Positions 26,486-39,500 of a stretch of 64,000 nucleotides of DNA are shown piece after piece. Position numbers and translations under genes: made by a program. The notes below the pieces were generated by a model. The model made no database searches. It was not told the DNA's origin and saw only the letters and a list, made by a program, of their open reading frames with translations. Each line of letters opens with the position of its first letter. The first letter of the stretch is position 1. Origin of the DNA: Azolla caroliniana (Eukaryota; Plantae; Polypodiophyta); NCBI GenBank assembly GCA_043228905.1, contig JBHGNT010000001.1:14508001-14572000 (forward strand). The letters run 5' to 3'.

Positions 26486-26974
26486 TGTTAATTGTTCTGC
26501 CGGAAACACCTTCGATATGCCTACAAGCTATCGGTATCAAGGGAAGTGTAATCGTGAAGACTGGTGCACGGAGGTGCCGTTAGGGGGAGAACACGGAGAG
26601 CATACCCGGAATAGAGCCCGGGTTGTATACGTAGTTGAGACCTTAAAAGCAACGACACATAGATGAAAACAACAAGAGCTATAGATATGTATTACTACAA
26701 TAGTTAGCGATGATTACAAAAGAGCACGGCCCACAGCCGGTAGCCTTACAAAGCTCTTATAACTATGAACCGACCTCCCTAGGCTCTGGATATCTCTCCC
26801 TTGCCGAGGTACGCAGACCTCAGTTTATATACTTCTTTTCCTTCATACAGCGTCGAGCGGTCGGCTGACTCTGAGGCTCGAAACTTGGCGTTTTACCTAA
26901 TTCTCCCTTACCTACTCGCCTTACTTCCGGCGTATTATATTTAACTAATTTCTATTTTTGGCCTATGGACAACA
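26486..26974 (-). repeat. 3' LTR of element D
   Basis: Direct repeat of 43571-44059. Confidence 0.95.
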
Positions 26975-26976
26975 CC

Positions 26977-27016
26977 TGGCACACCCGTGGGATAGGACTT
27001 TGTCCATCGGACCCAC
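26977..27016 (-). other. tRNA-Arg-3'-like stem-loop at the PPT position of element D
   Basis: Minus strand GTGGGTCCGATGGACAAAGTCCTATCCCACGGGTGTGCCA, then 2 nt, then LTR start TGTTG. Confidence 0.78.
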
Positions 27017-27089
27017 AGTTCACCATGGATTTAACAAAACCACATGAATTACAAAAATGGCCCGTTCCTACGGGGCTTAGAGGTTGGTC

Positions 27090-30000
27090 TTATTCTTCTT
27101 CCAATATGTCGAGGATATCCTCGGGGGCGTGGGGTTGGGTTGGCTACTCGGCCAGTGGGGTTGGTGATGGGGGTGGTGTTGCCAAGTTGGGGATGGCAAT
27201 GTCGGCGTGTGTGCCCTCCTTTGTTGGGACCGATGCAGGCAGGGTCGGGGTTATAGTCTGTGGCTCCGGTGGGATGTGGACGTTGGTAGGAGTAGACTCC
27301 TCTGATCTAGCTGCCGCGGGGAGTGACTTGGTTCCTTGCTCGGTGTTTGTGGGAGCTCTGTGACTCCTGGTAGCGAGTCGTTCTTCCTCGTACGCTTCGG
27401 CTTCTAAACAAAACACCATTAGATCGTCGTTGAATTCCTCCAAGAATTGCTCGATGGCCGCGGTGTGGGATGTTGCCAAGCTATGATATTCTTCCATTAA
27501 GTCCTCATGGAGGTTCTGGATGTTGGTGTCATCCATCTTGTAAAACCATCGGCCCTCCTTCCGTCGGTTCTCGGCATCCGCACGTAGTATGTGTAGGTCC
27601 GCGGCTTGGGCTGACCACTCCTGCCAAACATGGTCGAGCGTTTCTTTGATCTTCGTGGTGAATTGTTGGCGATACTTCTAGATTAGGGTTTTGATTTTGG
27701 TATCGTCCATGCCGATGTTCGCGCAATGAACTTCCAGTGCCTCCCTTGCGGCCTTGGCTTCTGCTTGGCTTTTGCGGGCGAAGAGTGCTAACGTAGCTTG
27801 ATTATCTTTTGCTTTTTCCGTGATGAGCGCAATGGTCTACTCATAACGGTTGGTCAGTTGTGCTACAATTTCGTCCCTTTCCAGTCGCCAGGTGTCCCAG
27901 TCTTGTTCTTTGACGGCGATGTGCTCAGATTGCAACTGGTGATATGCATCGGAAATTTTCGCTCGTTGCTCCTCTGAGATCCTCCACTTCTGCATATGTT
28001 CATTGGCCATGTCCTGGAAGGCTCGTTGATGATGGCATAATTCCTGGTTGTCGGCGAATAGCTTTTGTTCCCGTTGGCTATTCCGCTCGGTTTCTTTGAT
28101 GAACCGTTCCTTAGCCTCAGTGATCGAGACTTGGAGGGTCATCACCTCTCGTTCTCGTGCTTCAAGCGTGGCCGACCTTTCAGCAAGCAAGCGCTTGAGG
28201 TTCGCTTCGCAGCTCGCGGCTTGTTCTCGTTGCTGGCCAAGAATGTTGTTGTGATTCTGTTCGGCCATTTTAGCCAACGCGATATGGGCCTGAAGCTCCT
28301 CTTGGTAGTCCCTAAGGGGAGGCCCTATCTGGGTTGCCACTTGCAGGAGTTGTGTCGAGGACTCCCTGTCTGTCTGTGTCGCTCGTTCCATGACTTCCGG
28401 AGGTGGTGGCGTTTGTGTCGAGGCGTGGCTGGTTTGGGGGTGCGCGTTGATATCTGCCCATGACGATGGCTCACTTGCCTGTACCGAGTCTGTCATTGTG
28501 CTGCCCTCGGCCGTGGTTACCGTGGGGTGGGCGGTGTTGTCTTTGTGTGCTACGATACCTTCAACACTCGGGCTCGGGTTCGGGTTCGGAAGAGCGGTTG
28601 GTGAGACAACTTCACTCGGCATAGGGAGGATTAAGGGCGGTTGTTGCTGCATGAGTGTCGCCAGTTTCTTCTCGGCGGCTTGCCATAGGTCGGTAGCCCA
28701 TTTGTCTTACTGATGCAACGTTTTCATACGTCGGGTCATGTCCTTGGTTGCCCGAGTAGTGGGGTGTAGATTGCGATATGCCTCGACTAAGGCCATGTTC
28801 AGATCCGATAGTTCCATGAGAAGCGAAGCATTCTGGACTTGCTTCTTCCGTCCTATCTTTTGTAAGGCTCGATCCTCGTGAGGTTCGATTTCACCCATTA
28901 GCGCGCGTTGGATCATCTTTGTTTCAGCGTGCTCCTCGGTCATACGAGCGGCTGCAACTACTTGGGCGCGCGCGAGGAAATCCATTAACTCGTAAGTTCT
29001 GCCCAATCGAAGTAGGGCACTGAACTCGTATGCCTCCGTGGGGAGATCTTTGTACCCGAGGACTTCCTCCTCTGATATCTGTGTGGTTTGGCTATGCTCA
29101 ATCATTTTGACTTGGAGCCATGACTCCGCTGGTATTATGTCCATGGAGGGGGTGCTAGCCTCTTTTGATTTCTATCGTTGATCGCCTTCGGTTTCTGTGG
29201 TTGCCTCTCGAATGATATGGCGTCTTTTTGGCGGCTGGTCCTGCGCGTCCGGGGCCGATGGTGTTGGCTCCTCGGGTTGTTTCCTCTTCTGTTGTCGAAT
29301 GGCCGAGGGCTGCTAGCTGGTGGGCCGTGGGCCGTGGGCTCGGTTGAGGAGAGGTCATTGATGTCCTTGGTGGCCTCTGGCGTATGGTGACATCCTCGGG
29401 GATGGCCTCCTCGGGCTCATCCCATTCGACACGGGTTGTTGTCACCGCTCGTTGTCTTTGTGTTTTTGGTAGGGGTGGGTCCGAGGCGGAAAACGGGGTA
29501 CCAAATGCCTACGAGAGGTGGAGAAGACGAGGATTCTTCCCATTCTTCCTGAGTTATCTCCAAAATTTGCCCGCGTTGTTTCCATGGTGGTGGCGAAGAG
29601 ATCAGGGTGCGACAAGGGGAAACCGAAGGAGGTGGGTAGAAGACTGTAAGGAAGTGGTTGATCACAGGCAACAGACGCTTACCGGTTTGGAAGGATTCGA
29701 GCGTTGCCCGGATTCCTTCGCTTGTGATGATTCCCCAGTCGATTTTGTTTCCCTCGTAAGCACTGATGATGATCACCGCTTTGCTTTGTGGCATACTGGT
29801 AGGGTTGGTATGCACGAACGCGTACTCCATCAGGATGCGAGCGAGTTCCTCGAATGCCTTGTTGGATCCACCGTAGGTGCGGTAGGCTTTACCAGATATG
29901 GAATACGCACCAAAGTATTCCTTCCGGGTCGTGGAAGGGGGAATCTCGACCTCATGGTCACCTCCTTGTTTCAGGTCCAAGGCAGCACGAATCATATTGT

Positions 30001-30291
30001 TGGTGACTATGTCCGGGTGGATTCGTCATGCGACTGCTTGGGCATCAGGGTGCGCAGGGGCATCGATCACCTTTAAATAACCACCCAAGCCTCGTTCCTG
30101 AAGCCAGCAGAGGGTTTCCTGTGAAGCTGCAAGAGGCATACTGGACTCGGGGTTCTGCTGTGTGGAAGATTGGGGAAGGAGCATTCGACCAGGCCGAGAT
30201 AGACTGAGGGAAGGAGATGGTTGTGGTGCGGCAGCGGGGCTACGAGGGCAAGAGAGGGCTTGTGAGCAAGAGCGGTGGGAGCGATGAACAT
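27090..30291 (-). pseudogene. Element D additional ORF after pol, fragmented
   Basis: EYFGAYSISGKAYRT, AYEGNKIDW; EVLGYKDLPTEAYEFSALL matches A EVLAYPDILDTAHEFSALL; coiled-coil 27837-28652. Confidence 0.8.
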
Positions 30292-30719
30292 GATTAGAGC
30301 GAGAGGAAGCTTGAGAGCGTGGAAGCGATGACTGCTAGGTGTGCAAGAAAACTTCTATGTGTAGAGTGGGCTTGGGGTAACTGTTTTTTAGCGAACGCCT
30401 AGGGTTTTGTGCATGAAGAGGAGCCTGGAGATTCTTGGGCTTGGATGCCATAATAGGATATTATGGCCATGTGTCCTAGGGAGTTAGTGTTGCGTCTTGG
30501 ATGTTGTGCATGTGCCTTTAAATACTTAAGTGAATGTGAAAGTGACTAATGGGTGCCTCTAACCTGACGTGATTTGGGTGAGGTGGTAGGTGGTGTAGGT
30601 GGAACTAACTAATTGCTAAAACTATGCCTAATCCTACCTAATCTCTACTTTGGAATGTTGGTGGATCCTTACCGAGGGGGACACGTGGCCTCCTTCGTGG
30701 CCATGTTCGTGCCGTGAGA

Positions 30720-33700
30720 CTCGGCGAAAGGGTTGGCTAGGGTATTTCCCTGGTACGGTCGTAGTCGGAATCCATTCACCCAACTTTTGACTATTTCCCC
30801 AGCGAGGGTGCCGAGCTGGAACGCGTCGTTAAACTCGTCAATAATCCAAAAGGGGCCGATCCATCGAAATCATAACTTTCCTGGCATAGTACCGAGTCGC
30901 GTCTAAAAAACAAGGACCGGTTTGCCTATGGTCAGTTCGTGTTCCAATCCCTTCCGATGTTGGTCCACAAAGGCTTTTCATTGGCGTTGGCGTTGTTCAA
31001 GTTGGGCCATGCTCACTACGCGGTCCTCGCCAAGTTCGAGGAGTTGTTCCAGCCTCAATTGTTCGGATTGGGCCTCGGGAAGTCGTGCTTTAACTTGCAC
31101 TCGGAGACTCAGGACTTGGAACTCGATGGGCATAACGGCTTCTAGACCAAAAGCCATCCGAAAGGGGGTGGATAGAATGCTTGTTTTGAATGTCGTGCGG
31201 AAAGCCCACATTGCACTCTGGAGCTTGTCATCCCAATCGGTGCGGTTCTCATTGACGATCTTCTTCAAGATTGTTTGGAGAATTTTGTTAGTCGATTCTG
31301 CCAATCCGTTTGCCTGCGGGTAGTATGGTGTGCTTTTCTTATACCATTGCGTAGTGAGTCGTAAGCTCGTGTATTATATGGTTTATAAAGTGCCCACCTT
31401 GGTCACTAACGAGCTCAATTGGACATCCATAACGGCACCAGAGATGTTCGTACACGAATTTGGTCGTGGACGCTATCGTGTTGTCTCGTAAAGCCTTTGC
31501 CTCGACCCATTTTGTGTAGTAGTCCGTGGTGACGATGATATACTTATTACCGGTTCGGGCCGCGGCTGGTTTGAAGGGTCCCACAAAATCTAACCCCCAT
31601 TTTTGAAATGGTTCCAATGGAAGAATGGGTTGGTGTGGCATTTGAGCTTGTTCCATCGGCTGTCCCAACCGTTGGCACAAGTCGCACTGTCGGCAAAACT
31701 CGTGGGTATCCTTTTTCGTTGTAGGCCACCATAACCCACTCTGGCATACTTTCTGTGCCGTGGACTCTCCGGCGTAGTGTCCGCCAGTGATTCTGAGGTG
31801 GGCCTCTTGGAGTATGGCCTTCTTCGCGAATTGTCGAATGGCCCGACGCCATATTCCGTCCGAGCCTTTGTGATAGAGGATGTCGGAAACTAGACAAAAG
31901 TTGCAGCTACGTATTGCGAGTCATTTCCGTACATCGAGGGCCATGTGGTCGGGAGGCAAGCCAGTACTAAGGAAATGGGTCATCTCCGTGATCCATTCAT
32001 CTTCTTTGTCGTCGGTTAGCATTGCGAGATGAAATAAGCCGGCATCGGGTAGATCGTCATACGTGGGCTCCGCAAGGTCTCCAGACTCGAGGCGGCTTAG
32101 GTAATCGGCGACGGCGTGTTGAACTCCGGGTCGATGCTGTATATGAAAATCAAACTCTTGTAATAGGAGCATCCATCGAACCAGGTAGAGGAGGGCCGAG
32201 TGATCGACGTGAAAGGTGAATTTTCGACCTAAGAGGTAATGTTGAAATTTACTAATGTTGTAGATCATACCAAGGGCTTCCCGTTCGGTGGTTGAATAGT
32301 TCTTTTCCACGGCCGAGAGACATCGGCTAGCATAATACACTGGCCAATACCAAATTGGGGGCGTGCATTGCATAAGTGCGCTCCCGATGGCAATATGTGA
32401 TGCGTCCACGAAGACGTGAAAAGGTTCCGACCATCTCGGTGGCTGTACAAATGGGGCATGCGAGAGCATTAATTTCAATCCTTGGTAAGCCTCATCCTTG
32501 ATTGAAGTCCATTGAAAGGGGAGTCGATGCACCCCCGCGTGTAGTGTTGTCGCGAAATCGGTCAGGTGGCGTATCATCCAGCTGTGCCATCTGATTTGTC
32601 CCAGAAATCAGCTGAGGCCTTTTGCGTTTGAGGGTGCCGGGGCTTTTAGGATGGCTTGTACTTTATCTGGGTCCATGGCGATACCTTCTTGACTGACGAT
32701 GTGTCCGAGTAGGTTGCCACTTGTGACCAAGAACGCACACTTTGCCGGGTTTAAACTTAACTGAGCCTGGCGACATCGATCAAGACAGAGGCGTAACTAG
32801 GTCATGTGTTCCAGTCGTTGTCCATATACGGCGAAGTCGTCGAGAAAGACTTGCATGAACGTCGGGATATACTCGTTAAAAATTTCGGTGATGATGCGCT
32901 GGAACGTGGCCGGCGCTGTTTTCAAACCGAACATCATGACTTCTGCCACGAAAACACCCCATTCCGTGACAAATGTTGTTTTCTCTTGATCATCCGGGTG
33001 CATTCTGATTTGGTTGTACCCACTAAACCCGTCTAGAAAATTGTAGCATTCGTGACCTGTCACCGTGTCGAGAACATTATCCGTGAACGGGAGAGGGAAT
33101 CCATCTATGACCGTTGCAGCATTAAGCTTGCGGTAGTCCACACATACTCGGATTTTCCCGTTTTTCTTGGGGACGACTACGATTGCACTTAACCATGTGG
33201 CGATTTTTACCGGTCGTATGAAGCTGACTCGGAGGAGCTTGTCTATTTCTTCCTTGACGTTAGCCGCATAATTGGGGTTCATCCGGTATCATCTTTGCTG
33301 AATTGGCCGAGCGTCCGGGAGAAGGTGGATCTGGTGTTGGTAGTATTGTGGGTCCAAACTCTTCATATTCGTGTAAGACCATGCGAATACATCCTGGTAA
33401 TCGGTGAGTAAGTGGATGAGGGATGCTCGTTCGCCGGCTGGTAAGTTATTAGCAATTTGTAGGGTCCGAGGGGTCTCGTCCGAACCGAGGTTCAGTGTTT
33501 CAACCGTTGATGCCTTCATGCGTTGGGAGATGGCGAGTTCACGTTCAAAAGTGTCCCGAGCGTGTCGTAATTCGGCAATGGTAATGGGATCAGGCTCATC
33601 CTGGGGAGGTGTATTCACCGTGACCTCCTCGTCTAGAGGTGTGCCGATGGCCGACATGGCGTCGATTTCAAAGAGAGGTATGATAGTGGGATGGTCTTCT

Positions 33701-34930
33701 AGGAAATCGTCCACCTCGTCATCGGCTAATCCGTCGAGCATGTGCACCCCTTCCGCGTATAACGGCGAGGTGTTGTGGGGCGTGGTTACGCGTTCTTCGG
33801 TTATGATCCGGACCTTGGTCATTCCTCGGCGAAACGAGATCATGTTGCGTTGCCAATGTTGTTTGATATTGGCTGTGCGCAACCATGGTCTGCCCAGTAA
33901 CATTGGGTAAGCCCCTTGTGCTTCAAGTCGTAAGACAACGGCCGAGATAGTGAACATGTGGCCTCCTAGACTAAAGTCGAGGTGGCGGATTAATCCGATG
34001 GGGAGAACCGATCGTGTGTCGACCATCCAAAGCCAAAAGGGGCAAGGTTCCCATTGATTCAGTCCAAGTTTACAACAGGTAGCCTCGCTGATGACATTCA
34101 CGCCAGAGCCGCCGTCTGTCATGATATGGCAAGAATCGAACCCATGACCTTATGGTATATAGGTCGAGCTCTTAACCATCACACCATTTATTGTAATTCA
34201 TAGGATATTATTTTCATTTATGTTTTATTATAAGAAAGTAATGTATATTCCAGATTTCTCTGGAACATTCTAGAAGTTTCAGGGTTACTCCTGACAACAC
34301 TATAAAAGAAGGCACTAGGCATTATGTGGAACCAAATTGGTTCAACGCCAGTCTTAAGCCTCTCAACCGCTTTGTACTTATCTTTTCACATAATATATTA
34401 GCTGTTGTCATCATCTTTCTCTCTCTCTCATCCTCGCTATCTCTCTCTCTCTCCTCTTCTCATTTCCTCTCTCAGGAATCTTACGCAATCCCGTCCTCTT
34501 AGTACTAATAGTATTGCTCTTCTTAGTACTAATTCCATCTCTGTTTTAGTACTATTCCTGACACCGTCGATTATGCACCCGTGCAGGTCCTTCCCTTTAA
34601 TCATAATTTTTATGGCTGGATTCTACACATCCATGAGAGGTGGACCTATTCCTGGCTCAGTCAGGTGCACAGGTGGTGCGGTGGACTGGTTGTTGGCCAT
34701 GAGTGAAGCTAAGGTGTCCCGAAAACGCAGCATGAGTGGTAAGAGTTTATGCAGAGGTAAGCATATCCTGGAATTGGTAAGGGCGTCCCACAACTGGTCA
34801 TCTTCTGCCACCGTGGATGGAGCCGAGGACTATGTTGCTCCGATGGTCGCACCACATTGTTTTTGTTGGCCATATCCATCCATTCTTTGGCTGCTTGCCG
34901 AACTTAGTCTTGAACTTGCCATGGGGTAGC
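30720..34930 (-). pseudogene. Element D pol (PR interrupted by a solo LTR, RT, RNase H, INT)
   Basis: CIID|GGSGVNVI; RVCVDYRKLN, VFLDDF; VFVDAS, NYSTTEREAL; [10 protein letters not shown]. Confidence 0.92.
34117..34563 (+). mobile_element. Solo LTR (447 bp, AT-rich, family not seen elsewhere in the window) in the D protease active-site codons
   Basis: TGTCA...TGACA termini, perfect 5-bp TSD CCGTC, TATAAAA ~34301 followed by a CT-rich tract. Confidence 0.88.
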
Positions 34931-35822
34931 CTGGGCTTTGCTGCATGTTGTGACGTTTTGTACATCAGCCATAATACTATTCACGGTAGGAGCCTTTCTG
35001 CGGTCTGTTGTTGGGCATTGCGTAGCGTAGTGACCGGGTTGGTTGCACTTGAAGCAGGTAACGTCGGCCGAGTTGTTGGTGCTAGCCCGATCCGTGGGGT
35101 GCGGTTGATTCCCGGCCTCGTGTGTTTGTGGGTTGGTCTAGGGCGCGTTCGAGCATCGTGGTTCATTGTAAGGTGGATCCCGACGACGATTGTCGTTATT
35201 CCTTCGGTTATTGTGTGATCCTCGGTGAGAGTTGCGCCAATCATTACAGAAATTTATCTGATCGTAACGATCATCCCGATCCTCTCCATTCCGATCATAA
35301 TCGTCGTTTGCCCGATACTAGTCATCGTGGTAGCGATCACGGCGGTCGTCCGATCTCCGTCGGTTGTCGTTTCGGTAACGGTCATCGTCCCGACGGTAAT
35401 CGTCGTTACGGCGCCGTCTATCCGGCGATCACGTTCGTTGGTTATCCTGGTTCTGGTAGGATTGGCGTTCGTCCTAACGAGAGTATGTATCCCGAGGCTC
35501 GATCTGGCGAACCGGAGCCATCATTGTGCGGTTGAGCATATTGTATTCGCAGTGTTCGACAGTGTGGGATCGGGACTGGCAGATCGGACACTGTGGTCGG
35601 TGAGGACATTCGAGGGCCAGATTGCCCGATCCCGAACAAACTGTGCATTGGAGAGCGTGGCGGAAGCGATTGTCCTCCTAGGGAAGGGCGCTTTGTAGTG
35701 AACTCATAGTGAAAGTCGTGCTTTGCTGAGTTCGATCGAGGGTGAGGACGCGCGCTATGACTTGCTCGATCATTTGGTTATCAAAATTAGTAAGTTCAAG
35801 AGTCGTTCGTAGAGGCTCCCGT

Positions 35823-36487
35823 TGTCGCGTTGTTACGCGCGTGCGTGGAGAACAAGGCGGGACCACTGGGGTCTTGGACCGAGGAATAGGTGAGAAGAGG
35901 GAGAGAGAGAGCGAGCGAGAGAGAGAGAGAGAGACGCTCACACACGTATAGACAAAGAAGCGCACGGGGACGCGGCCTAACAACACAAGAGACACAAGTT
36001 GAGAACACTAGTGTATGTATATAAATGTATGCAGACGACTCGAACGGTTACACCCGACCAGGTCGGCGAGATGGATGTTGGCGCCTAATCACCCATGCAC
36101 ACAAGAGAGCAAGATGGAGATTCTGCCAGAAGCACACGGGCGTTCCACGGAGCAGGATCAACCTCCTGAGAACCTGCGCAAAAGAAAGCTATGGAGAACG
36201 ACAGAGAAGAAGAGCTCGGTCCCAGTCCGACAGCACTTCGTCCCCTCTAGCGCGCGATACCTTCTCTCCCCTATCTCCCTCTCTTTTATAGCTCAAGGAG
36301 GGAGGCCGTTTCACCCGTTTACATCACATTAATTCTCTGTCCTTTCGGACAGAGATACTCCTCGATTTCCCCTATAGAATATTGCTACCTAGGATTTGAC
36401 CTTTGTGCCTACCTATCTACTATACAACAAGGGGCGTGCCCACGTGTAAGGGCCGGTTTGCGCCTGGGGACGGTTTTCTTCACGACA
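35823..36487 (-). repeat. 3' LTR of element F
   Basis: Direct repeat of 42152-42836. Confidence 0.95.
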
Positions 36488-36563
36488 TCCGCCCCCACCT
36501 AACCGCGCATCCACCGGTATGCGCCAAAATTGGGTTCCTACGGGAGAAAACCGATCCTTGCTT

Positions 36564-39500
36564 TTATTCCTCGTTTACCGGTTCATCCTCCGCCTCGGGC
36601 TGCTCGTCGTTGTTGTCCATGGCCCCTAGCTCCGGCTCACCGTCGTGTCGTTTCTTGAACGCTTTGATCCTCTTCCCTGCTACCGGTATCTCCATTCTCA
36701 TACCGTCGAGCTCCGCGAGATGGTACGTCCCATTGTCGTTGGCGCCTGTTACTACGTAAGGCCCGAACCACCTCCTCGCAAACTTCCGCGTGGCCATGTG
36801 CTGATTGTCGAGGCTGTTGTCGTAGACTAGCACCCAGTCGCCTTCCTCGATCTTCGGTCGGTCGAACCGGGCTTTGTTCCTTATCCTCGCTACCCGAAGT
36901 TTCTCCGCGGCTCGCTCTACGTCCTTCGGTCTCCACTCGAGCTGTCAAATCCGCGCCGCCAACAGTTCCTCCCGGCTCATCTCATCCCTCCAGTCAACCG
37001 TGGCCCACGAGGAGATCGTTCACTCTGTTGGCATGATCGGCTTCTGTCCGAACATAAGCTCGGCCGGCATGAACCCGGTTACCAAACTGTGCGTAGTCCG
37101 GTCCGCCCACAAGGCATAAGGTAGCAGTTGTGGCCAATTCTCGACTTGGCCTCCGCACACCCGTACTAGCGCTTTGACAATTGGCCCGTGTCCGCGCTCC
37201 ACCTTCCCGTTCGCCTTCGGATTGTACGTTGTGGTGAGCAAAAGTTTGACTCCTAGCCGGTCGAACAACTCTTCGGCCTCTTCTGCGTCCAACTCACCAC
37301 GGTCAGCCACGATCTTCCCTACGCACCCGTATCAGCATACCACGTCCTCAATCAAAAACCAGCATACGGCCTTCAACCTGGTTTGTTAGATCCTCCCGTG
37401 CCAGCACCAGATACCGCATCTGTCCTACCCCCATTGGCATCGTCACCAAATCCACCATCCACTTGAAGTGGACGGTCGGAGGGTAGGTCGGGTGAAGCTC
37501 GTCCCGGTGTTGGATCATGGAGTGCACCTGACAGCTTTCGCAAGTCGTCACGAACCGATGCATGTCCCGGTATAGTCCCGGCCACCAGTACTTCCCCTTT
37601 AGCTTTTCGAACGTGGCCCACGTTCCACGGTGTCTAGCCCAAGGACTATCGTGGTACGCAGCCAGCAAATCCTCCTGTTCCTCCTTCTTCGCCACCACTC
37701 GGAGCGGGATGTCGTTCCTCTTCTTCGGGTGCTTCCATATGTACCCGTCCCGGAGGAAGAATCGGTATGCTTTCTTCCGAATCTGATTGGCCTCATCCCT
37801 TATCCATGCCCCGTCCGGTGTCATCGTTTTCAGGAACCTGCCGATCTGCAGCCACTCCCCGTTGTACTTGCTCTCGTCGAAATCGTTAAGCGTTGGAGAG
37901 CATTCCCTGTCGGTTGTTACGTAAGCCGCCTCAAAGAAGTCAACGCCGACTTCCTCGTCCTCCGAAACCATGCCGCCCTCATTTTCGAACCTCGCCCTTG
38001 AAAGCATGTCGGCCATGGCATTGTCTTTCCCGGAAATGTGTCGTATTTCCGGATTCAGGAACTTGATGTATGCTATCCACCTGAGCATTGCCAGGTCCGG
38101 CGTCGCGCATCTGGAAACCATGCCAAGAATTGGCAGGCAGTCCGTCTCGATAATTACCTCTGTCCCGATTAGGTAGTCTTTATCGGCCTTTACCGCCGAA
38201 ACGATACCCCAGAGCTCGCGTTTAACCTAGGCGTATCCTCGCTATCGCTCGCTGAGGACCTTCGCGCCGAACCAGATCGGGAAACGCATGTCGTCCTCGT
38301 CCTCTTGGTTGACGACCCATCCGATCCCGGTCGGACTCGTGTCTATCGTTACGTAAATTGGAGTGTCCTTTCCGTAGACAGCCTTTCGGAGTGCCGGAGC
38401 TGCGGCAAGTGCTTCCTTCATCTTTCGGATAGACTCCGTATGCTCATCTTTCCACTCGAATTTTCGCCCCTTTTTCAGCAACCCGTATAGCGGCTCCGCG
38501 ACGTGGGCGTAATGCGGGATCCATATGTGGTAGAACGCGCATGCTCCCAAGAACCTCCGTGACCGACCTACAGTCGTGCTTCATCGCGGAGATGGCTTCT
38601 ACCTTAGCTGGAGACGGTTTCCGGTCGTACGACCCGCATAGGTGTCCGACGACCATGATCTCTGATTGCCCGAAGGCCGATTTTCCCCCGGAGAAGGTGA
38701 GCCCCGCGCCCTCCAACCTCTGCAGCACCTTCTCACAGTCATCGATGTGCGTCGCCACGAATTTCCGGCACCCGTGCGGTCCGATCGTCTCGTCCCTTTC
38801 CTCCATCGGGCATCCCTTGATCGGGACGTCGTCCAAAAACAGCATGGTGATGTCCGGGATACAATCCCTCAGCACTTTGTTCATTGCGTTCACCATGTGA
38901 GCCACCGAGTTCATCCCTCCTTGCGGTAGGGTACACATCCGTACTGGGCCGAGAGGAGTTCGCATTGTCGTGATGTCTCTGCTCTCTATGGCTAGCTGGA
39001 ATTGATCGTACCCCGAGTAGAGATCATCGATCGAGTAAATCGACCTTCCGGCGAAGGCCTCCGCGAACTCGTCTATTGTCGGTCCGATTCCTGCGTTTCG
39101 AATGGTCACCTTGTTGACCGGTTGCAGGTCTTGAATAAAGCGCAGCGTGCCGTCCTTCTTCGGCACAGTAAACCACAGATTCGAGTATGGGGCACTCAAC
39201 GGTTCGAGGATTCCCATCTCGACCTTCTGCTTTAACAGCTCCATCAACTTCGGGATGTGAGCTCTGGGTACTGGAATCGGTTTGAGACTCCACGACACAT
39301 GCGGTACCGTGAATATCACCATCGGTTCCACGACTGTCGGGTCTACGTACCCGATCTCCTCCGGTGAGAATGCGAAAGCCTTCCCGTGCCTTCCGAGCAT
39401 TCCCCAAAACCGGCCCTCCTCCGCCGGCAGTAGGAAGCCGCCCCCACCGACCTTGAGCTCCCGTAGCGTTATGTCAATGAACGTGTGTCCTATGAGGGCC

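Noticed and set aside
26977-27060. Bona fide tRNA gene
   Set aside because: No D-arm, anticodon arm or 5' acceptor strand is visible, the T-loop is interrupted, and CCA is encoded.
35225-35698. Hydrophobic V/I-rich membrane protein ORF
   Set aside because: It is the antisense of the R/D-rich tract of D gag.
36015-36332. Duplicated small ORFs (also 42344-42661, 26196/43560, 46804/51580)
   Set aside because: Incidental frames within paired LTRs; no recognisable motifs.
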